Shown piece by piece: positions 1 to 9,069 of a stretch of DNA of 34,523 nt (positions within the stretch are counted from its first letter, which is position 1; the number at the start of each line of letters is the position of its first letter). The stretch comes from Vicinamibacteria bacterium (lineage in GTDB: Bacteria; Acidobacteriota; Vicinamibacteria; Fen-336; JAGNNV01). Made by a program: the position numbers and the translations under genes. The notes under the pieces are model-generated. The model saw only the letters and a list, made by a program, of their open reading frames with translations. It was not told where the DNA came from and ran no database searches. Location: positions 1 to 34,523 of the forward strand of contig JANLWV010000382.1 of the NCBI GenBank assembly GCA_031364765.1, in the 5' to 3' direction.

Positions 1-2
1 TG

Positions 3-356
3 GATTCTCTGACCGCCGTCGGGGCCACCCTGGTTGGGATGGCTCATACGCGCCTGGACCTTTTGTCCACCGACCTGGAGGAGGCTCGGGAGCATTTTCT
101 GTCGATCACCATCCTGGGGTTTGTCGCTCTATTCAGCGTCGGGGTTGGCGTGGTGTTATCAGCGCTCTTCCTGGTGGTCGCGTTCTGGGAGACGCACCGG
201 CTCCTGATGCTGGGCGCCCTGGCCGGTTTCTTCCTCGCTGCGGGAGCGGCCGCCCTGGTGTTCGCGAAACAAAGAGCGAAAACAACGCCGCGCCTGTTCG
301 CTTCCAGTCTGTCGGAGCTGTTCAAGGACCGGCAGCAGCTTGTCTCGCGTCCATGA
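3..356 (+). CDS. yqjE: YqjE-like (phage holin family) membrane protein, 5'-truncated by the window edge
   Basis: Frame is open from position 3 (DSLTAVGATLVGMAHTRLDLLSTDLEE). Two TM helices and a C-terminal SLSELFKDR motif; followed by a YqjK-like gene through an ATGA overlap. Confidence 0.8.
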   Translation, partial: DSLTAVGATLVGMAHTRLDLLSTDLEEAREHFLSITILGFVALFSVGVGVVLSALFLVVAFWETHRLLMLGALAGFFLAAGAAALVFAKQRAKTTPRLFASSLSELFKDRQQLVSRP

Positions 357-682
357 ACGAGAGACTGATCCGGCTTTTGGAGCGACGTGAAGTCCTGGTG
401 GCGCAGGCTTCAGCCCAACGACTGACGCTGGCTCGCAGCCTGGAGCCCTGGCGAAGACCCCTGAGCCTGGCCGGCCATGGGCTGGCCGCCCTTCAATTCG
501 TCCGGAACCACCCGGTCTGGTTGGTCGGAAGTGCTGTCCTGCCTGCAGCATTGCTGCCGACGCGCGCCGGCAAATGGATGCGGCGTGGCCTGCTGGCCTG
601 GCAGGTCCTGCGTCAGTTGCGCCAAAGAGTGCCCGGGGCGAGGCCTGCCGATGAGTCCGGCGGGCGACTGACGATCTTATGA
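353..682 (+). CDS. yqjK: YqjK-like protein
   Basis: RREVLVAQASAQRLTLA...FVRNHP pattern; ATGA-coupled to yqjE as in yqjDEK clusters. Confidence 0.7.
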   Translation: MNERLIRLLERREVLVAQASAQRLTLARSLEPWRRPLSLAGHGLAALQFVRNHPVWLVGSAVLPAALLPTRAGKWMRRGLLAWQVLRQLRQRVPGARPADESGGRLTIL

Positions 683-698
683 GCCCAAGGGACCTGAA

Positions 699-1205
699 AT
701 GAGTTCCACAACACCAGGCTGGCTCGTGATCGGGTTTTCGCTGGCGATGGCGGTGAGCGGTGCCCCGTCCGCCGTGCGCGCGACGGAAGGGGCGGCTCGA
801 TCCGATTCGCAGTGGGGCGAGAAAACGCTCCCAGGTCCGGTCGAGAGCGCTGAGCTCAAGGATCTCGATCGGCGTCTGAACCTCGCAGTCAATGGCCCTG
901 GGTCTGTGACCGCAAGAGGGCCGGCCACGACTTTGGCGAAAAAGCCGCAAGCGCACGTACCTGACCGGAATGCTCAGCCGTGGACCGATTCGGTGGCCCG
1001 GATCGTGCTCGGCGGGTTTGCCGCAGCGGCCATCGCAGGCGCCGCCATGAGTCTATTGTTCATCTCAAAGCTGAGGCCGCTCTCCATACCGCTGATGCTC
1101 CTGCATGCGTTCCTTGCCGTGGGCGGACTCATTCTGTTGCTGGCGTCCCTTTATGCGCAGGCCATTCCCTCCGTGTCGGCTTCGACGACACGGCATCCAA
1201 TCTAA
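699..1205 (+). CDS. Hypothetical membrane protein with N-terminal signal and two C-terminal TM helices
   Basis: ORF fills the operon gap. Hydrophobic N-terminus and two C-terminal hydrophobic segments (LLHAFLAVGGLILL). Confidence 0.55.
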   Translation: MSSTTPGWLVIGFSLAMAVSGAPSAVRATEGAARSDSQWGEKTLPGPVESAELKDLDRRLNLAVNGPGSVTARGPATTLAKKPQAHVPDRNAQPWTDSVARIVLGGFAAAAIAGAAMSLLFISKLRPLSIPLMLLHAFLAVGGLILLLASLYAQAIPSVSASTTRHPI

Positions 1206-1213
1206 GGACGAGT

Positions 1214-1387
1214 ATGTCATTCTCGATATATGTTGTCGGCTATCTGATCCTGATCGGTGGCCTGATTTACGGCGCCGTGCTCCTGGACGTTCCGCAGCGG
1301 TGGATTGTGGTGGGCGCCATCGTCATGCTCGGGCTCGCGATTCTTACCGGCGCCCAGGCGACGCGCCAGAAGGACTCGTCGGGATAA
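1214..1387 (+). CDS. Small 2-TM membrane protein (57 aa)
   Basis: ATG at 1214 after AAGGA. MSFSIYVVGYLILIGGLIYGAVLL...; its TAA overlaps the next ATG (TAATG). Confidence 0.75.
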   Translation: MSFSIYVVGYLILIGGLIYGAVLLDVPQRWIVVGAIVMLGLAILTGAQATRQKDSSG

Positions 1388-1929
1388 TGACCACCACTCA
1401 GGCCTTCACCGACATCAAAGCCCTGCGTTCTCGGGCGCGGAAGCACATCGAAGAAGGGGCGGTGACCGCGGGATACTCGGCCGACCGGGCCACCGTCCTG
1501 AAGCTCCTCAACGACGCGCTGGCTACGGAAATCGTCTGCGTTCTACGCTACCGGCGGCATCATTTCATGGCCCGCGGCATTCACGCGAAGAGCATTGCCG
1601 ATGAATTCCTCGTCCACTCCAACCAGGAGCAGGGACATGCCGATCAGCTTGCCGAACGCATCGTGCAACTGGGCGGCGAGCCGGATTTCGCGCCGGACGG
1701 CCTCAGCGGCCGCAGCCATGCCGAATACGTGGCCGGCGGGTCGCTTGTGGAGATGATCAAGGAAGATCTGGTGGCGGAACGCATTGCCATCGACAGCTAT
1801 CGCGAACTCATCCAGTATCTCGGCCACCAGGACCCCACGACCAGTCACATGCTGAGGGGCATCCTTGCCGTCGAAGAAGAGCATGCTGACGAGCTTGCGG
1901 ATTTTCTCGCGGGCACCGCGGCGAAGTAA
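1387..1929 (+). CDS. Ferritin-like di-iron protein (bacterioferritin/Dps-like)
   Basis: LNDALATE...YRRH, EQGHAD...ERIVQLGG, EDLVAERIAIDSY and EEEHAD carboxylate/His ligand motifs. Start at ATG 1387. Confidence 0.88.
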   Translation: MTTTQAFTDIKALRSRARKHIEEGAVTAGYSADRATVLKLLNDALATEIVCVLRYRRHHFMARGIHAKSIADEFLVHSNQEQGHADQLAERIVQLGGEPDFAPDGLSGRSHAEYVAGGSLVEMIKEDLVAERIAIDSYRELIQYLGHQDPTTSHMLRGILAVEEEHADELADFLAGTAAK

Positions 1930-1946
1930 AGGCACCCTTTCGTCGT

Positions 1947-2954
1947 TCAGGGCTTGGGCGGTGCGGTGGGGGCCTTGGGGGTGTTTTGGACCTCGACCGA
2001 AACGCTCGACCACAACGTCGCGGTTTCGACGCGGAGACTCTCCGCCTTCACCGCGAGACCCACGGCGCGTTGATTCACCCTGACTGACTGCTGCACGCGG
2101 GCGGGAAGGCTCACCGTCCGGAAGATGGACTCCGGAAGGCGGACGATGATGCCCCGCGCGGCCAGCTCCTTGAGACCCTGGAGAGCGAGTTCCGGATTCA
2201 TCAGCGTTCCACACTTCCCGAAGGTGTCCTGGGAACGCAGCGCTGACTCCACGACGGCCCACGACTTTGCGCTGAGGTCCATGGTGAGCGGGACCCGCCG
2301 ATCGGGGAAAACCGGCGTCACGGTCAGGGCCTCACCGGTGTTGTCGAGGCGGAGCGCGCCCGAGAGTACATGGTGCTGGGCCAGGACGCGGCCGCGGATT
2401 TCCCGAGTCAACTCAAAGTCCTCACAGACCACGTTGGCGATGCCTGCAGAGTCCCAGGCAAAGCGGAGGGTCGCGCTCCCTTCCGTCTCCCGAACGTCCA
2501 CCGGCATCTCGATGTCGATCAGGTCGGGACCGCGCAGAGAGACCCGCGGCGAGCCCGCGCGAAGTTCGCCCGCCATGTCTCCGAGGTTGACCCTCACGTC
2601 CCATGCGCCGGCCTTGATCTGGCCGAGGAAGGTCTTCTTGCGCAGTTCGCCAGAGCTATGGGCATGGACGTCGGTCAGATCCACGGTGACGCGATCGAGG
2701 TAGCGAAAGGCGACGTTCCCGGCCAGCTCTTCGATGAGCCCGGAGCGGATCGCCAGGACCACCTGTCCGCGCTCGGCGAAGGCCGAAGCGACGAGCGGGT
2801 CGCTGGCCGCCGCCTTCTCGAGCCGTTCGCTGAGCTGCTTGTGGGTGACCCCGAGCGACGCCATTTTGAGGGGATCGTCTTTCGGTTCCCTGGCCGTGCA
2901 ACCCGTGAGCGCCACGATGGCGATTCCCAGGACGGCCGGTGAGGCCCCCTTCAA
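1947..2954 (-). CDS. Hypothetical beta-rich lipoprotein
   Basis: 335-aa ORF with signal peptide and lipobox LTGC; overlaps the stop of the upstream gene by 4 nt. Confidence 0.7.
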   Translation of the reverse strand: MKGASPAVLGIAIVALTGCTAREPKDDPLKMASLGVTHKQLSERLEKAAASDPLVASAFAERGQVVLAIRSGLIEELAGNVAFRYLDRVTVDLTDVHAHSSGELRKKTFLGQIKAGAWDVRVNLGDMAGELRAGSPRVSLRGPDLIDIEMPVDVRETEGSATLRFAWDSAGIANVVCEDFELTREIRGRVLAQHHVLSGALRLDNTGEALTVTPVFPDRRVPLTMDLSAKSWAVVESALRSQDTFGKCGTLMNPELALQGLKELAARGIIVRLPESIFRTVSLPARVQQSVRVNQRAVGLAVKAESLRVETATLWSSVSVEVQNTPKAPTAPPKP

Positions 2955-3697
2955 CTCCTCGCCTCGGGCGTTGTCGGACGGGGTGCGAGAGCGACATCAA
3001 CGAAAACCCACAGTCGTCCGCCAAACACTTTGATCTGCCGGGCCGCGACGGTCAGAGGAAGATTCTCGGCGGCGATATGCAGGCGCTTCGACGAAACCGC
3101 GGGGATGGACAGGCGGTTTTCCACGCTCACCGGGATTTCGAGAGTCCCGAGAAGCAGCGAAAGCCCACCCTGGGTCAACGCTTCGGTGAGCCGGCCGATC
3201 GGATCGTTGCGCCCGAGAGCCGAGGCGTCTTGCGCCTCGACGCCCAGAATGCTGACGCCGCACTGGAGGATGCCGGTTTTCGGGTCGATGTTGACGACAT
3301 CAATCGCGCCCAGCACCGCGACCTGAGCCCCCACGGAGGCGCCACGGACCGTGGCTGTGCCGGTCAGGCGTACGAGAGCGACTCCGTCCCTGAACGCGGC
3401 GTCGGCGGAGTCGATTCGCACGTGAAAGCCGTTCCCGACATCGGCCGAAAGGGGTGTGACCGCGCGGAGAAGATCCTGAACGAGGACCTGATCAATGACG
3501 ATGAGGATGCTCTTGAAGTCCAGCAGCGTGCCCTTCTCGGCCGCGTCGACCAGCTCGATGAGCTCCTTGTCCTGCCGCAAAAGCAAAGCCTGCTGCGCGG
3601 AGGCCCGGGAGGGTTGGGTCAGCCGCAACTGCACCACGACGAGGGCAAGGACGGCGAGACCTACTACCGCCGCGCCGGTGACTCGAAGGGCGTGGAT
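2951..3697 (-). CDS. Hypothetical membrane-anchored beta-rich protein (start uncertain: ATC 3697 or GTG 3637)
   Basis: Open frame from 3709. The hydrophobic anchor VTGAAVVGLAVLALVVV lies upstream of the first GTG; a GGAG lies 7 nt before ATC 3697. Confidence 0.65.
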   Translation of the reverse strand: MHALRVTGAAVVGLAVLALVVVQLRLTQPSRASAQQALLLRQDKELIELVDAAEKGTLLDFKSILIVIDQVLVQDLLRAVTPLSADVGNGFHVRIDSADAAFRDGVALVRLTGTATVRGASVGAQVAVLGAIDVVNIDPKTGILQCGVSILGVEAQDASALGRNDPIGRLTEALTQGGLSLLLGTLEIPVSVENRLSIPAVSSKRLHIAAENLPLTVAARQIKVFGGRLWVFVDVALAPRPTTPEARS

Positions 3698-3709
3698 GCG
3701 GCGACTCCG

Positions 3710-4450
3710 TTACGGTTCGCGCTTTGGGGGAGCCGGCAGCGCCCAGCCGTCCCAATTCATGGCATGAAGGGTGCGAATGTCACGAATCTCTCCGACGCTC
3801 AACGTCTTGAGCGCCACGTCCTCCGCTGCGGCCATGGCTTTCTTGATGCCTTCGCCGGAACTGATGATCTGGTTGAACAGGTCGCGGCAAAAGCCGCTCG
3901 AGTAATCGGCCTGGACACGGGTGTCCCATAGACCAAACCAATCGCGGCCGCCGCCCGTGTTCGCGGGTTGCTTGACATTGCAGGAGGTCACGAACGACGA
4001 CCACGCCGCGTCGATCGATCGCGCATCCTCAGACAGCGTCTTCACCTGGGTCGCGAAACGATCTCGCATTTCAACCTGGGCGCCACCCTTCAGGGCGGCA
4101 TCCGCGATCACGGGGCGACGCGCCGGCGGTGAGGTCACCGCCATATTGGCCGGAACTGCGCTCACCGTCACCACCGACATCGCGCTGATCCGCTTACGCC
4201 CTGGACCTCCGCGCAGCGTGACCATGACGCGGTCGCCGGCTCTCACCCCGCCTGTTCCGGCGAGCAGGTCATCGAGCACGAAGCTCTCATTGACGCCCTT
4301 TGAGCTCCTGAGCACGACGATACGACTGGCGGCGTCGACCGAGACGACTTGCACGTTTGCGTAGGTCGGCGTGTCCTGTGCTGATCCGACGGCCGCCCCT
4401 GCCAAGAGGTACGAGGTTACGAGACCGAGTGTTCGAAGGATGTTCGTCAT
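3710..4450 (-). CDS. Hypothetical secreted protein
   Basis: MTNILRTLGLVTSYLLAGAAVGSA signal peptide, an OB-fold-like beta region, then a helical domain with two Cys. A sigma54 promoter lies immediately upstream of ATG 4450. Confidence 0.7.
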   Translation of the reverse strand: MTNILRTLGLVTSYLLAGAAVGSAQDTPTYANVQVVSVDAASRIVVLRSSKGVNESFVLDDLLAGTGGVRAGDRVMVTLRGGPGRKRISAMSVVTVSAVPANMAVTSPPARRPVIADAALKGGAQVEMRDRFATQVKTLSEDARSIDAAWSSFVTSCNVKQPANTGGGRDWFGLWDTRVQADYSSGFCRDLFNQIISSGEGIKKAMAAAEDVALKTLSVGEIRDIRTLHAMNWDGWALPAPPKREP

Positions 4451-4462
4451 CCAGGCAAAGAG

Positions 4463-4478
4463 AGCAAGCGGGATGCCA
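4463..4478 (-). promoter_or_regulatory. sigma54 -24/-12 promoter
   Basis: TGGCATCCCGCTTGCT (GG-N10-GC), oriented toward ATG 4450. Confidence 0.8.
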
Positions 4479-4721
4479 TGAGTGCCCCGCTTGCCCCCGT
4501 TGACGCTAGAGGCCCAAATGGGGCCTGGGACGTGTTTTGCACATGGAAAGTCGCCTTTCGGCGCAGGTCGTGACGAAGCGTTTTGTAGATTCGACCGAAG
4601 TTTCCTGGCGCCTGAAGAGTGCTCCGGCGCTTGATCGCGGACTACGGCCTTCGGGAACCTCATCGCATCCTGGATGAAGACCGGGACGTTGTTTCCCGCG
4701 ATGGCCGAGTTCCCTCCGCGA

Positions 4722-5990
4722 TCAGAACGCAGGCCCCATCTTGAGGTGCAACTGTGTGCCCTCAACGCTGCGCATGACATCGATACGGAAACGGACCTTC
4801 CGATGCGACTTCAGGCGGATCCCGGCGCCGTAGCTTCGCTGCAGGTTATGGCGATCGAAATCGCTCGTGGCGGAGAACACCTTGCCGGTCTCGTAAATGA
4901 GCGCGAACTCGATCTTCGGCCACAACTCGAGGCGATATTCGGCGGCCAGGGCCAGGAGCTTATTGTCGCGGAACCGGGAGGAACTGTAACCCCGGAGAAG
5001 AGTGCCGCGACCCAGCGTGTGCTGCATGTAAAAAGGCACGCTGCTGCCCGCGTCCGGTTTGTCGAGCGACGCGATCTGGCGCAGCGCAACGACGTGCCGG
5101 TTCGAGCCGAGGGGCAGGTACTCGCGAGCGTCGACGGCGGTTCGGCTGAACTGGAAGGCGTTCCCATGACGGTCGTCAAAACGCGAAACCGCGACGCCGA
5201 GAGAGACGCCGCGATGGGGGTTGCCCGGCTCGTCGCGGAGCTCGAGCCAAGCGCCGCCGGACATGTGCAGGAAATCAGGAGACCGGAGGAGGCCCGGTGC
5301 AGTCCGTTCGTTGTTGGAGAGTTCGATGTTGGGGATGGCGGAGTCGAGCCCTGGGCCGATCGAGGTCCGGAGCACGCCGGCGCGGCCCATGACGGAGAGG
5401 CGCTTGACGCGGAAGCGAACGATGCCCTCGTAAAGACCGTCCTTCAGGCGGTAATCGCTGTGGCTCAAGCGCGAGGACGTGGGACCGAGTCCGTAGAAAT
5501 CCTCCCGCGGATAGTCGCGATATCGGGCGGACGCGTAGATGTTGAAGCCTGGCGGCGCCGCCGACGTCTTCTCGATGTCCGAGAGAGGGAACAGGGCGCT
5601 TGTGCCCGTCTCGACGCGGGGCAGGCGCTGGCCGTCGTGGGGAACGAGGCCCACCTGCAGGTCGTAGTACTGGTACCTGAATATGGAGTACGCAGCCGAC
5701 GCGTGGATGTCGATGGGCGAGCCGCCGATATCAGGCGTCCAGAAATGGAGCATCGGTGCTATTCCGCCGCCGGAACTCAAGATGTCGACCGCCGGCGAAA
5801 AGGGACCCCAGTGCGGGCCACGGCCCCCCTTGTCTTCATCATCGTTAAAGAATGACCGGATCGTCCGCTTCACGAGGCCAGGGCGCTCGACCTTCGGCTC
5901 GTCGTCTTTGTCTTTGGCGTCCTTGGCGAAGGAATCGGCTGGCATGAGTCCAGTCCACAAGGCGGCAAGCACGACAGCAGTTCGTGACAT
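4722..5990 (-). CDS. Omp85/BamA-TamA family beta-barrel lacking POTRA and passenger domains
   Basis: Signal peptide; LG(R)G..LRGY...RFRD loop-6 motif, AEYR, YETGKVF, SYGAGIR and C-terminal Phe. Confidence 0.8.
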   Translation of the reverse strand: MSRTAVVLAALWTGLMPADSFAKDAKDKDDEPKVERPGLVKRTIRSFFNDDEDKGGRGPHWGPFSPAVDILSSGGGIAPMLHFWTPDIGGSPIDIHASAAYSIFRYQYYDLQVGLVPHDGQRLPRVETGTSALFPLSDIEKTSAAPPGFNIYASARYRDYPREDFYGLGPTSSRLSHSDYRLKDGLYEGIVRFRVKRLSVMGRAGVLRTSIGPGLDSAIPNIELSNNERTAPGLLRSPDFLHMSGGAWLELRDEPGNPHRGVSLGVAVSRFDDRHGNAFQFSRTAVDAREYLPLGSNRHVVALRQIASLDKPDAGSSVPFYMQHTLGRGTLLRGYSSSRFRDNKLLALAAEYRLELWPKIEFALIYETGKVFSATSDFDRHNLQRSYGAGIRLKSHRKVRFRIDVMRSVEGTQLHLKMGPAF

Positions 5991-6074
5991 TTTCCGATAG
6001 TCTCCTTAAGCAGACGGGGACGCCCCAACCGGCGTGACGTCCGTAAACGGATGCGACCGTCTGACCAGTGGCTG

Positions 6075-6090
6075 AGCAACCCACGTGCCA
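6075..6090 (-). promoter_or_regulatory. sigma54 -24/-12 promoter
   Basis: TGGCACGTGGGTTGCT, upstream of the Omp85 gene. Confidence 0.85.
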
Positions 6091-6268
6091 GGGGGGCGAA
6101 CGCAGGCGCTTTTTTCGGGCCTATCTTCCTGCTTGAGGACCGTCTTAACCGCGAGGCCTAGCTTCAGTCTCCCATGACCCGGGCGTTCGCGGCTCCCCCG
6201 GGGCGGGGGCGGGCCGCCCCGCCCATGGCGGAATGTACAAAGAGCCGAGGTGGGCTCACGCCCGTTTG

Positions 6269-6284
6269 TGGCATACCCCTTGCT
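6269..6284 (+). promoter_or_regulatory. sigma54 -24/-12 promoter
   Basis: TGGCATACCCCTTGCT, upstream of the OmpA lipoprotein gene. Confidence 0.82.
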
Positions 6285-6360
6285 CAATTTCCGCGGACAG
6301 ACGTCTGCGGGGCGAACTTTCGTTCGTGGCCGCCATATGGACGTCTAGAGGAGATAAATC

Positions 6361-7044
6361 ATGAAACGCGTCAACTACTTCATCGTTGCGGGGACCGTGG
6401 CGGCCGTGCTCGCAAGCACGCCGGGTTGTGCGAGCTGGGGTGACAAGCAGAAGAAGGGCACCGTGATCGGTGCCGGCGGTGGGGGCGTGCTTGGCGCCAT
6501 CATCGGCCACAAGACGGGGTCGACGGCGCGCGGCGCCATCATCGGCGCTGTGGTGGGAGGCGCCGCCGGCGCCCTTATCGGACGGCGAATGGACTCGCAG
6601 GCGGAGAAGCTGGCGCAGGAGCTTGAAGACGCCCAGGTCTCACGGGTGGGCGAAGGCATCGCGGTCACCTTCGACTCGGGAATCCTGTTCCCCTTCGACT
6701 CGGCAGAGCTGACGTCACAGGCGCAGACCAATCTGCGCAAACTATCGGACAGTCTGCAGTCGGAAGCGCGCACCAACGTGATGATCGTGGGCCACACCGA
6801 TTCCGACGGGACCGATGCCTACAATCAGCAGCTCTCGGAACGGCGCGGACGGTCCGCCTCGGACTACCTCGCGTCCCATGGCGTGATGTCCTCGCGTCTG
6901 CAAAGCCGCGGCCGGGGCGAGGCCGAGCCGATCGCATCCAACGGAGCGGACGAAGGCAAGAGGCAGAACCGCCGCGTCGAGGTAGCCATCTACGCGAACG
7001 AAGCGTGGCGCGACGAAGCGAAGCGGACGTCCAGCCTGCGCTAA
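6361..7044 (+). CDS. OmpA-family lipoprotein with glycine zipper (YiaD-like)
   Basis: Strong SD GAGGAG, lipobox TPGC, glycine zipper, and OmpA_C motifs GHTD, N..LS..R and NRRVE. Confidence 0.93.
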   Translation: MKRVNYFIVAGTVAAVLASTPGCASWGDKQKKGTVIGAGGGGVLGAIIGHKTGSTARGAIIGAVVGGAAGALIGRRMDSQAEKLAQELEDAQVSRVGEGIAVTFDSGILFPFDSAELTSQAQTNLRKLSDSLQSEARTNVMIVGHTDSDGTDAYNQQLSERRGRSASDYLASHGVMSSRLQSRGRGEAEPIASNGADEGKRQNRRVEVAIYANEAWRDEAKRTSSLR

Positions 7045-7060
7045 GCGACCCTTCGCACCG

Positions 7061-7089
7061 CCCCGCGCCCGTTTCCTTCGGGCGCGGGG
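7061..7089. terminator. GC-rich hairpin between convergent genes
   Basis: CCCCGCGCCCG-TTTCCTT-CGGGCGCGGGG, a perfect 11-bp stem. No strong U-tract. Confidence 0.55.
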
Positions 7090-7135
7090 TGACGACGGAA
7101 CCTCGGACGACGACCGATACCGTTGAGGCCGACCT

Positions 7136-8695
7136 CTACCGCCGGGGTTGGCGCCGGGACTGCAGCGACGATCCGGTCTGCGTTCCGCGATGGGCCGCTT
7201 CTTCGTTCACCGTCATCGACCGCAACATGCGCGTGAAGGTCTGCGACATCGCGTTGTTGCGGTTAGCGGGGACGACGGACAGGGCGTAGATCACGTGGCT
7301 GTCGGACAGGCCGCGGGTCACAACCGTCACCTGCTCATCCTGCCCAGTGACCGGGGAACGGCCGGAGAGCACCACCGAGAAGGACGGCGCTCCGTCGATC
7401 AGTTCTCGTCGGGCCAGACTGTCTTGTGCTCGCAGATACGTGTTCGATCGGATGAGCGTACGGACGAGGTCGTCGGTGGCGTCCGCGAGGCTCCCGCGCC
7501 ACTGGTCCGTATCCTCGAAGGGCGCGTAGCTGCGCTCCATGCTTCCCAGCCGGCGGTCCGTGTCCCCCTCGAAGGGCGCGTAATGGTTGATGATCACACC
7601 GTAGAGCATGGCCTGCTGGCCGTTTCCGGTGTCGACGACGCCCCCGTCGGGAGCCATAGAAACGGCGTATCCAGAGGTGGACCCATAGGTCCGCCAGTTG
7701 TCCGGGTACTCGATGGTGAAGAGGCCATTGCGCTGATCGAACTGCTGGAACCTTGTGGACGGCTCGGCCACGCGCACGTCGAATTGACCGCTCTGGGGTG
7801 TGTTCTGGTACACCGGCTCATCGGCAATCCGCTGCGCCGCCGTCGTGGAAGCGGCAGGGAGACGCCGCATGTTGGCTTTGATTTCGGCGAAGCCGCCCAC
7901 GTCCCGCGACTGCGCCAGCCGCAGGCCTGAGGCCTGGGCCCGTATGCGCGCCTCGCGATCGGCGGACGCGGGATGGCTGCTGAAGAACTTCTCCAGCTTG
8001 CCGGGATCGCGGCCCTGCTCCTGGCGCAGAAGTTCGAAGAAGTCCGCCATGGCCACGGGGTTGTATCCAGCTGCGGCCATGATCTCCGCTCCGACTTGGT
8101 CGGCCTGATACTCATCATCGCGTCCGAACTTAAGGAAGGCCACGTTTAAGCCCACGCCGCCGACCGTGTTCAGGATCTTTGAGGTGTTGCCGCCGTTCCT
8201 TCCAAGCAGTCCTCCCAATATCCCGAGACCGGACTGGCTGAGATAGGCCTTGGAGGCCTGGTGGGTGCCGTGGCGCAGGGCCACATGCGACATTTCGTGA
8301 GCCAGGACGCCGGCGAGCTCCGCCTCGCTTCGCGCCGCCTCGAACAGACCGCGGTTCACGTACATCGGTCCGCCGGGGAGGGCGAAGGCGTTGATCGCGG
8401 GGTCGTTGACCGCCTTGATCGTGTAGGGATAGCGCGTGCCCGGAGCCTGCGCCGCGAGCCTCGTGATGATCCCGGTGAGGTAGCGGTTCACGTTGCCATT
8501 GTTCAGCAATTTGAGCTGGCGCTCGGCCTCCACGGCGGACTGACGTCCGATTTCTACGTCCTGTTCAACGGTGAACAGGTTGAAGCCGGGCGTTGGGCGT
8601 CTGTTCTGTGCCGAGGCCCCAAGGGGCGCACAAAGCACGAGAGCGCTTGCCAGCAAAAGGGACCGCATACGAATTCGTCTCATTATCGTCATCAT
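7136..8695 (-). CDS. Exported M48-family Zn metalloprotease with extra C-terminal domain
   Basis: Signal peptide, INAFALPGG, HEMSH zinc motif, EYQAD and FFSSHP. Confidence 0.92.
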   Translation of the reverse strand: MMTIMRRIRMRSLLLASALVLCAPLGASAQNRRPTPGFNLFTVEQDVEIGRQSAVEAERQLKLLNNGNVNRYLTGIITRLAAQAPGTRYPYTIKAVNDPAINAFALPGGPMYVNRGLFEAARSEAELAGVLAHEMSHVALRHGTHQASKAYLSQSGLGILGGLLGRNGGNTSKILNTVGGVGLNVAFLKFGRDDEYQADQVGAEIMAAAGYNPVAMADFFELLRQEQGRDPGKLEKFFSSHPASADREARIRAQASGLRLAQSRDVGGFAEIKANMRRLPAASTTAAQRIADEPVYQNTPQSGQFDVRVAEPSTRFQQFDQRNGLFTIEYPDNWRTYGSTSGYAVSMAPDGGVVDTGNGQQAMLYGVIINHYAPFEGDTDRRLGSMERSYAPFEDTDQWRGSLADATDDLVRTLIRSNTYLRAQDSLARRELIDGAPSFSVVLSGRSPVTGQDEQVTVVTRGLSDSHVIYALSVVPANRNNAMSQTFTRMLRSMTVNEEAAHRGTQTGSSLQSRRQPRR

Positions 8696-8782
8696 TTTTT
8701 CTGTTCCTTCTAATTCCTAGCTAGTAGTGGTGGCCTGAGAGGCTCGTGGGCGTTTTCTCGCGATGAGCCTGCGGGTGTAGCC

Positions 8783-8798
8783 AGCAACCCCTGTGCCA
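8783..8798 (-). promoter_or_regulatory. sigma54 -24/-12 promoter
   Basis: TGGCACAGGGGTTGCT, upstream of the M48 gene. Confidence 0.85.
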
Positions 8799-8954
8799 TG
8801 GCAGCGAAAACCCAACTGCCACCACCCTCTACGAGCATCCTCGGGCGTGACCGGCTCTGATGGAGGAGAAGCAGAATCTACAATCCGCGCTCCGGTAAGC
8901 AGGCCGAAAGCGGAAGGGGTGTAAGCGGACTCGCCCCCGCTACGGTTCGGACTC

Positions 8955-8970
8955 GGGCATGCCGCTTGCA
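8955..8970 (+). promoter_or_regulatory. sigma54 -24/-12 promoter
   Basis: GGGCATGCCGCTTGCA, upstream of the small protein-HK-HK-bEBP operon. Confidence 0.72.
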
Positions 8971-9069
8971 GCGTCCTCGGGCAACGAACGTGGAATACAT
9001 CGCCCTCAGCGTTGCCGCCGCACCTGGTCTCAACCCCTACCGGGCGCCCCCGCGAAGGAGAATCGCAGA

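Noticed and set aside
3-356. 'Phage holin' suggesting a prophage
   Set aside because: YqjE-family gene in a yqjE-yqjK stress context; no phage or integrase genes in the window.
980-1386. Extended ORF-track starts (980, 1105; likewise 4780, 15450, 16238, 19046, 23989 and 31535)
   Set aside because: They overlap other genes or promoters. Internal starts with an SD or stop-start coupling match the family N-termini better.
6175-6228. Very GC-rich imperfect inverted repeat or G-run between divergent promoters
   Set aside because: Imperfect pairing is expected at this GC content and there is no second copy, so I cannot support a function.
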